Shown here one piece after another: positions 20,219-29,875 of a stretch of DNA of 64,000 nucleotides. The notes under the pieces were generated by a model, which saw nothing but the letters and a program-made list of their open reading frames with translations, had not been told where the DNA came from and did not search any database. The translations under genes were made by a program, and so were the position numbers. Source of the stretch: a virus; the IMG/VR virus record IMGVR_UViG_3300035183_000720, positions 3,144-67,143 of that record; one strand, written 5' to 3'. Within the stretch, counting starts at the first letter, position 1. Each line of letters begins with the position of its first letter.

Positions 20219-21431
20219 TCTTTCAAAGCTTTCAAATGAAGAATTATTGGCTTTATACAAAGAAAAGAAAAACAGAGAAGCGACTTACGAAGCCATGCAA
20301 ATGGCCTTGAAAATTACTTTAAATTCATTGTATGGCGCACAAGCAAATGAACATTTCCGTTATTATTCTACGGATATCGCAGAAGGTATTACATTAACAG
20401 GTCAATTTACCATTCGGTATATTTCGAATGTTTTGAATGAATTTTTAAATAAGAAGTTGAAGACAGATGGGGTTGATTATGTAGTTGCAAATGATACAGA
20501 TTCTGCATACATTCGTCTTGATACTCTAGTTGAAAAGATTGTGCCTAAAGACACTCCAATTCAAAAAATTGTTGATTTTCTTGATAAATTTGTCTCAACT
20601 GTACTCGAACCATTGATCGCTGAAAAATTTGAAGCTTTGGCTGCTTACATGAATACACCTGAAAACAAGATGCATATGAAACGGGAAGCCATAGCTGACC
20701 GCGCTATTTGGAGAGCTAAGAAGAATTATATTTTGCAAGTTTATGACAATGAAGGCGTTCGGTACAATGAGCCGAAGTTGAAGACAGTTGGAATCGAAAC
20801 AGCAAGGTCTAGTACACCGGAGCTAGTTAGAAAAGCTTTGGAGAAATCTCTTCTCATATTGTTGAATGAAGATGAAGGGGATCTTCATACATTCGTGAAA
20901 GAATTTCGCGAGACATTTATGAATGCACCTGTTGAGGATATTGCATTTCCTCGTGGGGTAACAGATTTGGATAAGTGGGTAGATCCGACTGGACGAGAGT
21001 CATGGAAATTAGGCGCCCCAGTACATGTCAAAGCCTCGTTAGTTTATAATGAGCGATTGCGAACGACTGGATTGATTAAAAAGTATCCTGTGATTAAGAA
21101 TGGGGATAAGATCAAGTTTGTGTATCTCAAACAACCCAATCCTGTTAGAAATAATGCTATTGCATTCACCGATGTTTTTCCACCTGAGTTTGAGATGGAT
21201 GAGTATATTGATCGGGAACTTCAGTTCGAAAAGACATTTCTTGAACCACTTCGTAGCTTCACAGACATCATTGGCTGGCAAACTGAGAAGGTTAACACCT
21301 TGATGGATTTTTTCAGCGAAGAAGGTCCAGTGACGCAAACGAAGGCGTTGACAACCTCAAAAGAGTCTGTTAAAATTAATAAACAGCCTGCTGGTAAGCA
21401 GACACGCGTGACATTGGAATCATTCTTTTAA
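20211..21431 (+). CDS. 43: DNA polymerase B, C-terminal subunit (split gp43B)
   Basis: Motif B KITLNSLYG, motif C NDTDS, KKNY; C-terminal VTLESFF. Confidence 0.93.
   Translation: MNDLSKLSNEELLALYKEKKNREATYEAMQMALKITLNSLYGAQANEHFRYYSTDIAEGITLTGQFTIRYISNVLNEFLNKKLKTDGVDYVVANDTDSAYIRLDTLVEKIVPKDTPIQKIVDFLDKFVSTVLEPLIAEKFEALAAYMNTPENKMHMKREAIADRAIWRAKKNYILQVYDNEGVRYNEPKLKTVGIETARSSTPELVRKALEKSLLILLNEDEGDLHTFVKEFRETFMNAPVEDIAFPRGVTDLDKWVDPTGRESWKLGAPVHVKASLVYNERLRTTGLIKKYPVIKNGDKIKFVYLKQPNPVRNNAIAFTDVFPPEFEMDEYIDRELQFEKTFLEPLRSFTDIIGWQTEKVNTLMDFFSEEGPVTQTKALTTSKESVKINKQPAGKQTRVTLESFF
21348..21376 (+). promoter_or_regulatory. Sigma70 promoter for uvsX
   Basis: TTGACA-17-TAAAAT inside 3' end of gp43B. 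Confidence 0.6.
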
Positions 21432-21446
21432 GATAAGAGGAGTCTT

Positions 21447-22523
21447 ATGGTATCAATCACTGATTTTTTAAAATTGACTGGCAATGAATTTGCTAGTGTT
21501 GCTGCGGATGGTATTGCAGCCGGGGATGTTTCAGGGTGGGTTGATAGTGGAAGTTATGCTTTGAATGCCCTCTTAAGTGGAGATATCTATAAGGGATTTC
21601 CCGGAAATAAGATTGTTGTTATTGGTGCAGATCCTGCGACAGGTAAGACTTTTTTCGCTCTTGGAGCAGCAAAGAATTTTTTAGATCAAAATGAAAATGG
21701 TATTGTGATTTGTTTTGAAACTGAAAGTGCCATCACGAGTGATATGCTAAAAGAGCGCGGCATAGATGTTAAGCGCTTTGGTATCGTACCAGTTTCGACT
21801 GTTCAAGAGTTCAGGACCCAAGCCTTGCGAATTATCGACAACTATGAAAAACAAGATAAAGAAGAGCGCCCTCCTTTGTTTTTCATTTTAGATTCTTTAG
21901 GTATGCTGTCAACTGATAAAGAAATGGGGGATAGCGTCGAAGGTAAGGATGCCAGGGACATGACACGAGCGCAATTGCTTAAAGCTGCTTTTCGCGTGCT
22001 AACTTTAAAGTTGGGTCGCGCTGGGATTCCAATGTTAGTCACAAATCATGTTTATGATGACATTTCGGGCGGTCCTTATGCGTCTAAAAAACAATCAGGA
22101 GGAAGTGGGGCAGTATATGCCTCAAGTACCATATTAGGTTTAAGTAAAGCCAAGGAGCGTGATACCAGCACGAATGAAGTGACGGGAGTAATTATTACGG
22201 TGACGGCAATCAAAAGTCGCTTAACAAAAGAAAATAGCAAAGTAAAATGTTTAATTCGTTATGATGGAGGGCTTGATCGCTATTTTGGTTTATTAGAATT
22301 GGCAGAGGAAGCAGGGGTATTCAAGAAAGTCAGTACTCGTTATGAGCTAGAGAATGGCACGAAGGTATTTGGGAAGACGATTATTGAGAATCCTGAAAAA
22401 TATTTCACAGATGACGTATTAAAGAGGATTAATGAATATGTTAAACGAAAATTCTGTTATGGAAATGGAAAAGACGAAACAGGAATTACTGAACCTGCTG
22501 AAGACGAAGAAAGTCAAGGTTGA
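21447..22523 (+). CDS. uvsX: RecA-like recombinase UvsX
   Basis: [36 protein letters not shown]. Confidence 0.95.
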   Translation: MVSITDFLKLTGNEFASVAADGIAAGDVSGWVDSGSYALNALLSGDIYKGFPGNKIVVIGADPATGKTFFALGAAKNFLDQNENGIVICFETESAITSDMLKERGIDVKRFGIVPVSTVQEFRTQALRIIDNYEKQDKEERPPLFFILDSLGMLSTDKEMGDSVEGKDARDMTRAQLLKAAFRVLTLKLGRAGIPMLVTNHVYDDISGGPYASKKQSGGSGAVYASSTILGLSKAKERDTSTNEVTGVIITVTAIKSRLTKENSKVKCLIRYDGGLDRYFGLLELAEEAGVFKKVSTRYELENGTKVFGKTIIENPEKYFTDDVLKRINEYVKRKFCYGNGKDETGITEPAEDEESQG

Positions 22524-22716
22524 ATTCAAGAGGTTAGATGGAAGTACACGCGTGATGGTTTGTCTTCCATATGATAGCATACTGGAAGAGCATAAACCGA
22601 AATTGGCCGATCCGACGAAAGATGTTCATCCTACACTTATAAAAGTGTACGAAGAAGGTGTCGGTTGGCGTAGCTTCCACACAACTAATATTATTTCCTG
22701 CGAGGTAATTGAATGA
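22459..22716 (+). CDS. Small SH3/WYL-like fold hypothetical protein
   Basis: [13 protein letters not shown]...GWRSF pattern; start uncertain. Confidence 0.55.
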   Translation: MEMEKTKQELLNLLKTKKVKVEFKRLDGSTRVMVCLPYDSILEEHKPKLADPTKDVHPTLIKVYEEGVGWRSFHTTNIISCEVIE

Positions 22717-23039
22717 ATAAATCAACTGATTTCATTATTTTAAAAGCCGAAACGTATGAGCAAGAAGGTGATGAAAAATTTCGATTCGCAGTCTCAACGA
22801 CAGACGATGAAGATACTTCAGGGGTGATTTTCATGTTCAACGACTATACTTTAGTTGAGTGCGGCGGCGATGTTCAAGCACAATGCTTTGTTCATTTTGG
22901 CGAAACAAAAGATGATAAAATTGTTCCAATAACAAAAAATGATCCTCGTTATGACAAGTTGTACGAGAAAGCACATGAAATTCTAGAGCAGATAACCAAA
23001 CCTCATATTGATGAATTGTTATCAATGACTGAAAACTAA
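22713..23039 (+). CDS. Hypothetical protein
   Basis: Coupled ORF with GAGG RBS. Confidence 0.6.
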   Translation: MNKSTDFIILKAETYEQEGDEKFRFAVSTTDDEDTSGVIFMFNDYTLVECGGDVQAQCFVHFGETKDDKIVPITKNDPRYDKLYEKAHEILEQITKPHIDELLSMTEN

Positions 23040-23082
23040 ATACTCGTATTCAAATCATCCTGCGTAAGGAAAGGAGAAATAA

Positions 23083-23754
23083 ATGAGCTTCCAGAAAACA
23101 AAAATCGATGCATCTCTTGGTCTCCGCGTTAATCAGTACTTATCTGATATTGGAGTTCAGACTCCTTTGAAAGATAACGGATTGACAAATCAGCAAAAAA
23201 TTGATATAATTGAAGAGAAGGTCAAGGAAATTTTAGAGACATTAGGGCTTGACTTGAGTGATGATAGCCTAGCAGAAACACCCCGTCGTGTTGCGAAGAT
23301 GTTCGTGAATGAGATTTATTGGGGATTAGATCCAGAAAAATTTCCCAAATGTACACTAGTAGAGAATAAGATGAGATATGATGAAATGGTGATTGAGCAA
23401 AATATAAAAGTAATGTCTGATTGCGAGCATCATCTGAGACCGATTAGTGGCGTTGCTCATGTCGCTTACATCCCTAAGGATAAAGTGCTCGGTCTGTCTA
23501 AAATGAATCGCATCGTAGAATATTTTTCTCGGCGTCCTCAGATTCAGGAACGATTAGCCGAGCAAATTTACCATGCTCTTTCTTTTATTCTAGGAACTGA
23601 AGATGTGGCGGTTGTAATTAAAGCGGAACATTTCTGCGTGAAGCAACGAGGTGTGGAAGATCAGAACAGCTATACCGTGACGAGTAAATTAGGTGGTAAG
23701 TTCTTAAAGGATCCTACAGTTCGTGCCGAGTTTATGAGTATCATTCATTCGTGA
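23083..23754 (+). CDS. folE: GTP cyclohydrolase I
   Basis: ETPRRVAKM, CEHH, GLSKMNRIV, RRPQIQERL, HFCVKQRG. Confidence 0.96.
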   Translation: MSFQKTKIDASLGLRVNQYLSDIGVQTPLKDNGLTNQQKIDIIEEKVKEILETLGLDLSDDSLAETPRRVAKMFVNEIYWGLDPEKFPKCTLVENKMRYDEMVIEQNIKVMSDCEHHLRPISGVAHVAYIPKDKVLGLSKMNRIVEYFSRRPQIQERLAEQIYHALSFILGTEDVAVVIKAEHFCVKQRGVEDQNSYTVTSKLGGKFLKDPTVRAEFMSIIHS

Positions 23755-23762
23755 GGTGAACA

Positions 23763-24494
23763 ATGAAAGAGATGTTTTTGAAAGAATTCCCTGAAGCGTC
23801 TAAAGCTGTGATAGTGATGAGTGGCGGCATGGATAGTGCTATCGCGGCTCGTTTAACGGTTGAAAAATTAGGCACCGAGAATGTTCACGCTCTCAGTTTC
23901 TTCTACGGCCAGAAGCAGAGCATCGAGCTCGAGAAGGCCCAGATCAATTCGAAGAAGCTAGGCATCGCAAAACACACAATCGTTGATATTTCTTTTCTTG
24001 GCGACATGGTGCGCGGCGTAAGTTCTAATATTTCTGGTGGGCTCGAAATGCCTACGATTAAGGATATTCTCGGTGATCCACAGCCTGTTACTTATGTTCC
24101 GAATCGTAATGCTATTCTGCTCATGATTGCAGCGAGTTATGCTGAAGCGAATGGAATCGATCTGGTTGTGACGGGGTTGCAAGCACAAGATGAGTATTCA
24201 TATTGGGATACGACTCCTTCGTTTGTTTCCGCAGTCAACAATCTACTTTCACAGAATCGTCAGAAGAAGATTCGTGTTCATGCTCCTTTCATGGGTAAGA
24301 ACAAAGCAGAAGAGTTGAAGCTTCTTCAGGAGCTCGATGGTAATGTAGATTTGACAAAAACTACTATTACTTGTTATAATCCTGCTGGTGATGTGAGTTG
24401 CGGTAAATGTCCTAGCTGCGCTGAGCGGATCGCAAATTTCAAGAAAGCAGGCTTGGTTGATTCGATTAAGTATGCAATTGATATTCAATGGTGA
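23763..24494 (+). CDS. queC: 7-cyano-7-deazaguanine synthase
   Basis: SGGMDS, YGQKQ..E, TYVPNRN, TCY..CGKCPSC. Confidence 0.95.
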   Translation: MKEMFLKEFPEASKAVIVMSGGMDSAIAARLTVEKLGTENVHALSFFYGQKQSIELEKAQINSKKLGIAKHTIVDISFLGDMVRGVSSNISGGLEMPTIKDILGDPQPVTYVPNRNAILLMIAASYAEANGIDLVVTGLQAQDEYSYWDTTPSFVSAVNNLLSQNRQKKIRVHAPFMGKNKAEELKLLQELDGNVDLTKTTITCYNPAGDVSCGKCPSCAERIANFKKAGLVDSIKYAIDIQW

Positions 24495-24505
24495 GGAGCT
24501 AATAG

Positions 24506-25120
24506 ATGTGTGGCATATTTTGTAGTTTTGAACGTGATAAGCTCATTGAGCTTTCGAAACTGAACAGTTACCGAGGAAGTCATAGTTTCAGTTTTATGCG
24601 AGTTGGTGATAGCCCGATACGAGGCCTCGGTAAATTTGATACTTCATTGGCTGATCAAGAAGGATATAAAATTTGTCATGTTCAGGCGCCAACAACGGAA
24701 GTGCGTGATGCTTCTAGCATTCATCCCGCAGAATATCCAGGAGTAAGACTTTGGCACAATGGCATCGTGAAAGATTTTGATGTTAGGCGACTTCAAGAAA
24801 AGCACGGTGTAAGTGAAGCATGGGACACGAAACTTATTTTGCTTGAATTGTTAGAGGATAATTGGCTTGAGAATTTAAGTGAAATAAATGGTAGTTTTGC
24901 TTGCGTCTTTCAAGAAGATGATATGCACTATGTTTTCAGAAACGAGATTTCGCCTTTGTTCTTCGATTATGATCTCAATATAAGTAGTGTACGTTTTGAA
25001 GGATCTTTTTCTTTGCCTCCCAATAAAGTTTTCATTCTTGATTTAGAAAACAGGGAACTCTCAGAAACAGAATTCGAATTTTCGACTAAAGAAAATCCCT
25101 ACTACTTTGGGGGCGTGTAG
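24506..25120 (+). CDS. Class II glutamine amidotransferase domain protein
   Basis: N-terminal MCGIF, HVQAPT, HP, WHNG. Confidence 0.85.
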   Translation: MCGIFCSFERDKLIELSKLNSYRGSHSFSFMRVGDSPIRGLGKFDTSLADQEGYKICHVQAPTTEVRDASSIHPAEYPGVRLWHNGIVKDFDVRRLQEKHGVSEAWDTKLILLELLEDNWLENLSEINGSFACVFQEDDMHYVFRNEISPLFFDYDLNISSVRFEGSFSLPPNKVFILDLENRELSETEFEFSTKENPYYFGGV

Positions 25121-26431
25121 ATGAAACTCAGATATGTTTTCAGTGCTCCAGGTATGTTTTCTTTAAATTCCTGTGGTCGGGAGATGGATAATCCCGAGGA
25201 GTATATTAAATTCGCTGAGATGGTAAAAGAAGGTGTAGATTTAATACGCACTGACATCAATAAAAAAATTGATGGCGTAAAATTTGGCATGGATGTTTTG
25301 TTTAATGCTTTCACCGAAAAGCATGTTGGCGAATGGCTCCGTAAATATGGCACTTTCGGTTTTGAGAAATTATATGCAGACTCAGGCGGTCTACAGATTG
25401 TGACATTAGGTAAGCAAATTGATGATGAGATGAAGTACAAAATCTATGGCACACAAAGTTGTGCTGATTTTGCGATGTGTTTTGATGAAATTCCTGTGAG
25501 AGTTGTTAATGCTTTTGATTCTAAAAGCAATCGCACTGTTATAGGAAACAGACTTTATTATCCCAGTCTCAAGAAAGAATCAGCCATAAAAACTGCAAAT
25601 AATATCAAAGAACAGATTGAGATTCTTGACAAATTTAAAACTGACACATTGGTTCATTATATTGTGCAGGGCAATAATCATCAGGACATGTATGAGTGGT
25701 TTGATGATGGCGCTAGAATTCTAACCGATAAACATTTTGAAAAGATTGGCGGCGTTTCTATAGGATTTGTTTGTTTAGGTAATGGGCAATTAGAATCTAT
25801 AGAAATGCTTGTTGGTTATCATAGGATTATGAAGGATTTTGGTATTGAAAAAACTAAGAAACATGTTCATTTATTAGGATTTGGGAGTGTGAAACGTTTG
25901 CTGCCAGTTTTATACATTATGAAAAGTAAATTACTTCCTGATGATCTTACAATCAGTTTTGATAGCACTTCTTTTAGTATGAGTTACATAATGGGTCGAT
26001 TCACGGACGATGAAGGTAAAGAAGTTGGAAAAGATCCAGAAGATGTAAGGAGAATGTTTGAAAAAGTTTACAATTATTTTCAAGACATATACCATAAGCA
26101 TGTCCCCAATCTAGACAAAGAAAGATTCATTGATCATCTTGTAAAAGAAGTTCGTAGTATTGCCAATACGATTAACAATGCCCCAGACGATATAAGACCT
26201 GTTGTCCATGCCAATACTGTATTGACTACTTGTTGGCAACTTGTTGGATTTGCCGAACAAGTAAAAAGAATTTTACAAAAAGCAGAAAATGATAATTCTC
26301 CTTTAGGCATGATTAAACATGTAAAAGATTTTAATGATTATGAAGCCTGGTATCGCGAATTCGGAAAATTTGTTAAAAGTAATAGAGTCAAGCGAGAGAG
26401 TTTTGTGACGCTTGACAGTTTCTTTGAATAA
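25121..26431 (+). CDS. dpdA: TGT-fold DNA guanine transglycosylase (DpdA-like)
   Basis: ADSGGLQ, FDEIP, IVQG, HLLGFG, SFDSTS; embedded in preQ0 pathway genes. Confidence 0.8.
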   Translation: MKLRYVFSAPGMFSLNSCGREMDNPEEYIKFAEMVKEGVDLIRTDINKKIDGVKFGMDVLFNAFTEKHVGEWLRKYGTFGFEKLYADSGGLQIVTLGKQIDDEMKYKIYGTQSCADFAMCFDEIPVRVVNAFDSKSNRTVIGNRLYYPSLKKESAIKTANNIKEQIEILDKFKTDTLVHYIVQGNNHQDMYEWFDDGARILTDKHFEKIGGVSIGFVCLGNGQLESIEMLVGYHRIMKDFGIEKTKKHVHLLGFGSVKRLLPVLYIMKSKLLPDDLTISFDSTSFSMSYIMGRFTDDEGKEVGKDPEDVRRMFEKVYNYFQDIYHKHVPNLDKERFIDHLVKEVRSIANTINNAPDDIRPVVHANTVLTTCWQLVGFAEQVKRILQKAENDNSPLGMIKHVKDFNDYEAWYREFGKFVKSNRVKRESFVTLDSFFE

Positions 26432-26440
26432 AATTAAAAT
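26412..26440 (+). promoter_or_regulatory. Sigma70 promoter
   Basis: TTGACA-17-TAAAAT upstream of queE/41. Confidence 0.55.
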
Positions 26441-26470
26441 AGATGGTATGTTAAATTAAGAGGTGAGTTT

Positions 26471-27364
26471 ATGAAAATTCGAACCAGTGAGGTTTTTGCA
26501 AGTTTTCAAGGTGAAGGTCCTTTCGCGGGGGTGCCGAGTTTGTGGGTTAGATTTTTCGGTTGTAATTTGTTGTGCAATGGTTTCGGTCAGAAAGATCCTT
26601 GTAATCCTGAAACTTATGTATTGCCATACCAGACAATAGATATCAGTAACATCAAACGCATGGAAGATCTTCCCGTGTTTGAATATGGCTGTGATTCGAG
26701 TTATAGTTGGAGTCCGAGATTCAAACACTTAGCTAGAGATTGGGATGAAAAAGAATTGGTTGATGAATTATATCGTCTCGGTGTTGAACGTTTTGGGATG
26801 GCTGAAGGTTGGTTTAATCAAAGAACTCTTCAAGAAATTCAACTTTGTTTCACAGGCGGAGAACCGATGCTCCAGCAGAGAGCTATGATGGCTATTCTTG
26901 CTGAAGCCAATGAGAGATTCGGAGCTTCGGGCCCTAAACTTGTCACGATTGAAACTAATGCCACCAGATTTCTAACTGAAGATTTTAAGAAATTTCTTTA
27001 TGATAGAGATTTTGAATTAACTATTGCCTGTTCTCCGAAATTATTCACGGTAAGCGGAGAAAAGAATGCAGTTCGTTTAGATGTCATTAAAGAATATATG
27101 CATTATGCTGACACGGGTATCTTGAAATTTGTAGTGAATGGTACTAAGGAATGTTGGGATGAACTTGATAGCTACACGGATAAATTAGCTGAGCTTGTTA
27201 GCGAAGATAGATTCTGGAGCCTTTGGGTGATGCCTGTTGGGGCAACTAAAGAACAGCAAGAATCGCCGAGTATAGCAGAGATTGCCAATGAGGCAATGCG
27301 CCGTGGATTTTATGTTGCGACACGTAATCATACTTATGTTTACGGTAATGTTGTGGGTAGCTGA
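26471..27364 (+). CDS. queE: 7-carboxy-7-deazaguanine synthase (radical SAM)
   Basis: EVFASFQGEG, RFFGCNLLC...CDS, FTGGEPM, IETN, CSPK. Confidence 0.92.
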   Translation: MKIRTSEVFASFQGEGPFAGVPSLWVRFFGCNLLCNGFGQKDPCNPETYVLPYQTIDISNIKRMEDLPVFEYGCDSSYSWSPRFKHLARDWDEKELVDELYRLGVERFGMAEGWFNQRTLQEIQLCFTGGEPMLQQRAMMAILAEANERFGASGPKLVTIETNATRFLTEDFKKFLYDRDFELTIACSPKLFTVSGEKNAVRLDVIKEYMHYADTGILKFVVNGTKECWDELDSYTDKLAELVSEDRFWSLWVMPVGATKEQQESPSIAEIANEAMRRGFYVATRNHTYVYGNVVGS

Positions 27365-28740
27365 TGGATGTCACAAGTGAGAAGCTCATCTTAAGTTCTT
27401 TAGTTCAAGATGAAGATTATGTACGTCAAGTATTACCATTCTTAAAGAACGAATATTTCAACGATAAAGTCGAAAGAGCAGTTTTTGAAACTATTCGTTC
27501 GTATCTTCTAGAATACAATACCCTGCCCAATAAAACTACTCTGTTGGTTGACATTCGCAATCATGATGGTCTAAATGAAAAGGAGATTACCGAAGCCGAA
27601 TCTATCATTCGTGATATTTTCAGAATTGAACGTCCAACTGATTCCAAGTGGCTGATTGAACAAACAGAAGAGTTTTGTAGAACGAAAGCCATCTACAATG
27701 CCATCGTGAAGGCAATTTCAATATATGATGGTACTGACAAAACCATGACTCCACATGCCATTCCTGATATGATAAAGGAGGCGGTGAGTGTAAGTTTTGA
27801 TAGCCACATAGGCATGGACATATATGATGATGCAGGGATTCGTTATGATTATTATACATTACCAGAAAGTAAGATTCCTTTTGACATTGATCTATTGAAT
27901 GATATTACAAATGGTGGAGTCGGTCGAAAGACATTGAATGTTGTTGTCGCAGGGGTGAATGTTGGTAAGACTTTGTCTCTGATACATTTTGCTTGTGCTT
28001 ATGCTCGGGCAGGTTACAATGTGCTTTATTTCACTTTGGAGATGCGAGAGGAAGAGATCTTGAAGCGAATGGATGCTAATATGTTGAAAATTTCAATTAA
28101 TGAATTAGGTAAATTAGGACGCGAAACGTTTATTGATGAGGTTGAGAAACTTCGAGCGAAATCTTATGGTAAAATAAAAGTAAAGGAATATCCTCCAGGT
28201 TCAGCGCATGCGGGCCATTTCAAGCATATCATCAATGAATTGAAATTAAAACAACGTTTCATTCCTGATGCCATCATAGTGGATTACATTGGAATAACAG
28301 GTAGTTCAAGGATAAGAGCAGGTCAACAGAATAGTTATTTTTATTTGAAGGCTGTGGCTGAAGAATTGCGCGCTTTGGCTGTCGAAACTAACACCATTCT
28401 TTGGACAGCAATGCAACTAACTCGAAGTGGCATAACAAACACAGACGTAGAAATCACTGATGTTTCTGAGTCGATGGGTATTCCAGCAACTGCAGACTTC
28501 ATGATATCTGTTACTCGAACAGAAGAATTGGATGGCTTAGGACAAGTACTTTTCAAACAGCTTAAGAATCGTTATGGTAATAAATCGAATAGGTTGAGAT
28601 TTGTAGTAGGTGTCGATCTAGATAAACAAACACTATATAATGTCAGTAGCAGTGAACAAGATGATATAATTGCTCAAGAAAGAATAGTAACTAATACGGC
28701 TAGTCTGAAAGAGAAATTCAAGCAGCTGAATGGTGATTGA
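27364..28740 (+). CDS. 41: Replicative helicase
   Basis: AGVNVGKT, TLEM, IVDY, AEELR, KQLKNRY. Confidence 0.95.
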   Translation: MDVTSEKLILSSLVQDEDYVRQVLPFLKNEYFNDKVERAVFETIRSYLLEYNTLPNKTTLLVDIRNHDGLNEKEITEAESIIRDIFRIERPTDSKWLIEQTEEFCRTKAIYNAIVKAISIYDGTDKTMTPHAIPDMIKEAVSVSFDSHIGMDIYDDAGIRYDYYTLPESKIPFDIDLLNDITNGGVGRKTLNVVVAGVNVGKTLSLIHFACAYARAGYNVLYFTLEMREEEILKRMDANMLKISINELGKLGRETFIDEVEKLRAKSYGKIKVKEYPPGSAHAGHFKHIINELKLKQRFIPDAIIVDYIGITGSSRIRAGQQNSYFYLKAVAEELRALAVETNTILWTAMQLTRSGITNTDVEITDVSESMGIPATADFMISVTRTEELDGLGQVLFKQLKNRYGNKSNRLRFVVGVDLDKQTLYNVSSSEQDDIIAQERIVTNTASLKEKFKQLNGD

Positions 28741-28746
28741 TAAATA
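28739..28746 (+). promoter_or_regulatory. Late promoter (GATAAATA)
   Basis: TAAATA core 5' of ATG 28769. Confidence 0.55.
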
Positions 28747-28768
28747 TTCAGAAATGAAACAAAAAGCC

Positions 28769-29875
28769 ATGTTAACGTTCAAGCAATTTTTCTTACTCGA
28801 AGGCGGAAATGTAGTCATAGATGACCAAGAAGCAACTCGTATCGATCTCAATAAAGTTAAGAGATCAGAGATTGTGAAGTTGCTGCTTACTGGTCTGGAT
28901 GCTATCAATCGCGCATTCGAAAAACAGCATGGCTTGCCCCTTTGGAGTAAAGACTTATTCAAATCTAGAGAATTTTTAAGTGGCAGTGCTTTTCATTTCT
29001 TTGATCTTGGAAAAATAAGCGATGAAGAATTTGTTAATGTCAAATCTACCGTCGGGGACATTGATACCCAGGTTGATAGTAACTTAGATAAGTCCATCGT
29101 AGAGTTCTTGAACGCAAATAAAGGGAAGAGTTTTGGGCCATTGACTCTAATTGGATATAAAACAAGTGCTGGACAGCACATCACACTGTGGCGCCTCGAC
29201 AAGTATAACATGAACATTCAGATTGATCTGGAACTAGTTGAATTTGGTCCAGATGGTAAACCGACTCCTTGGTCTAAGTTCAGTCATTCTAGTGCCTGGG
29301 AAGATTTGAAAGCAGGATTGAAAGGCGTTGCACACAAATATCTGCTGCAAGCTTTAAATGCTCGAGGGTTGCACGACCTAGTCATTAAAGCTAAAACATC
29401 TCGCGGCAAAGATAAGGTTGTGAAGAAAAGTATTATGGCATTTTCTGTGACGCATGGATTGCGTCAACGCTTAGTGCCAGTAAGAGATGAGCAAGGCAAT
29501 CATGTTCATGTAGATGGCTTGCCAGCTTATCACGAGATTAGTACATCAGAAAGTAAGAACACCACGGATCTGGATCAAATTTTCAAAATATTTTTCAATC
29601 GAGAACCCACCCCTGAAGATCTCAAAGATATGGGTAGTTTCATTGGACTCGAAAAATTGATTACTCGTTACTACAATAAACAAGAGCAACAGATGGTGGT
29701 TGATGGCTTCATGAACAAACTTTGGGGTCCAGGAGCTCAAGGTCTTTATCGAGGGGATAAAGAACGGGATTATCGAGAAAAGCTCGCCATGGCAAAACAT
29801 CTTCTTCAAACGTTTGGTGGCTCTCTCGACAAGTATCAAGAAATGATTGAAGACTATTACAAGAGCTACAAATAA
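28769..29875 (+). CDS. Pol-beta-superfamily nucleotidyltransferase-like protein with capsid-targeting-like N-terminus
   Basis: LSGS...GDID...QIDL; starts MLTFKQFFLLE. Confidence 0.6.
   Translation: MLTFKQFFLLEGGNVVIDDQEATRIDLNKVKRSEIVKLLLTGLDAINRAFEKQHGLPLWSKDLFKSREFLSGSAFHFFDLGKISDEEFVNVKSTVGDIDTQVDSNLDKSIVEFLNANKGKSFGPLTLIGYKTSAGQHITLWRLDKYNMNIQIDLELVEFGPDGKPTPWSKFSHSSAWEDLKAGLKGVAHKYLLQALNARGLHDLVIKAKTSRGKDKVVKKSIMAFSVTHGLRQRLVPVRDEQGNHVHVDGLPAYHEISTSESKNTTDLDQIFKIFFNREPTPEDLKDMGSFIGLEKLITRYYNKQEQQMVVDGFMNKLWGPGAQGLYRGDKERDYREKLAMAKHLLQTFGGSLDKYQEMIEDYYKSYK

Noticed and set aside
20150-20290. Intron or intein splitting the polymerase
   Set aside because: There is no intervening sequence and no splicing motif; the ORFs overlap by 8 nt
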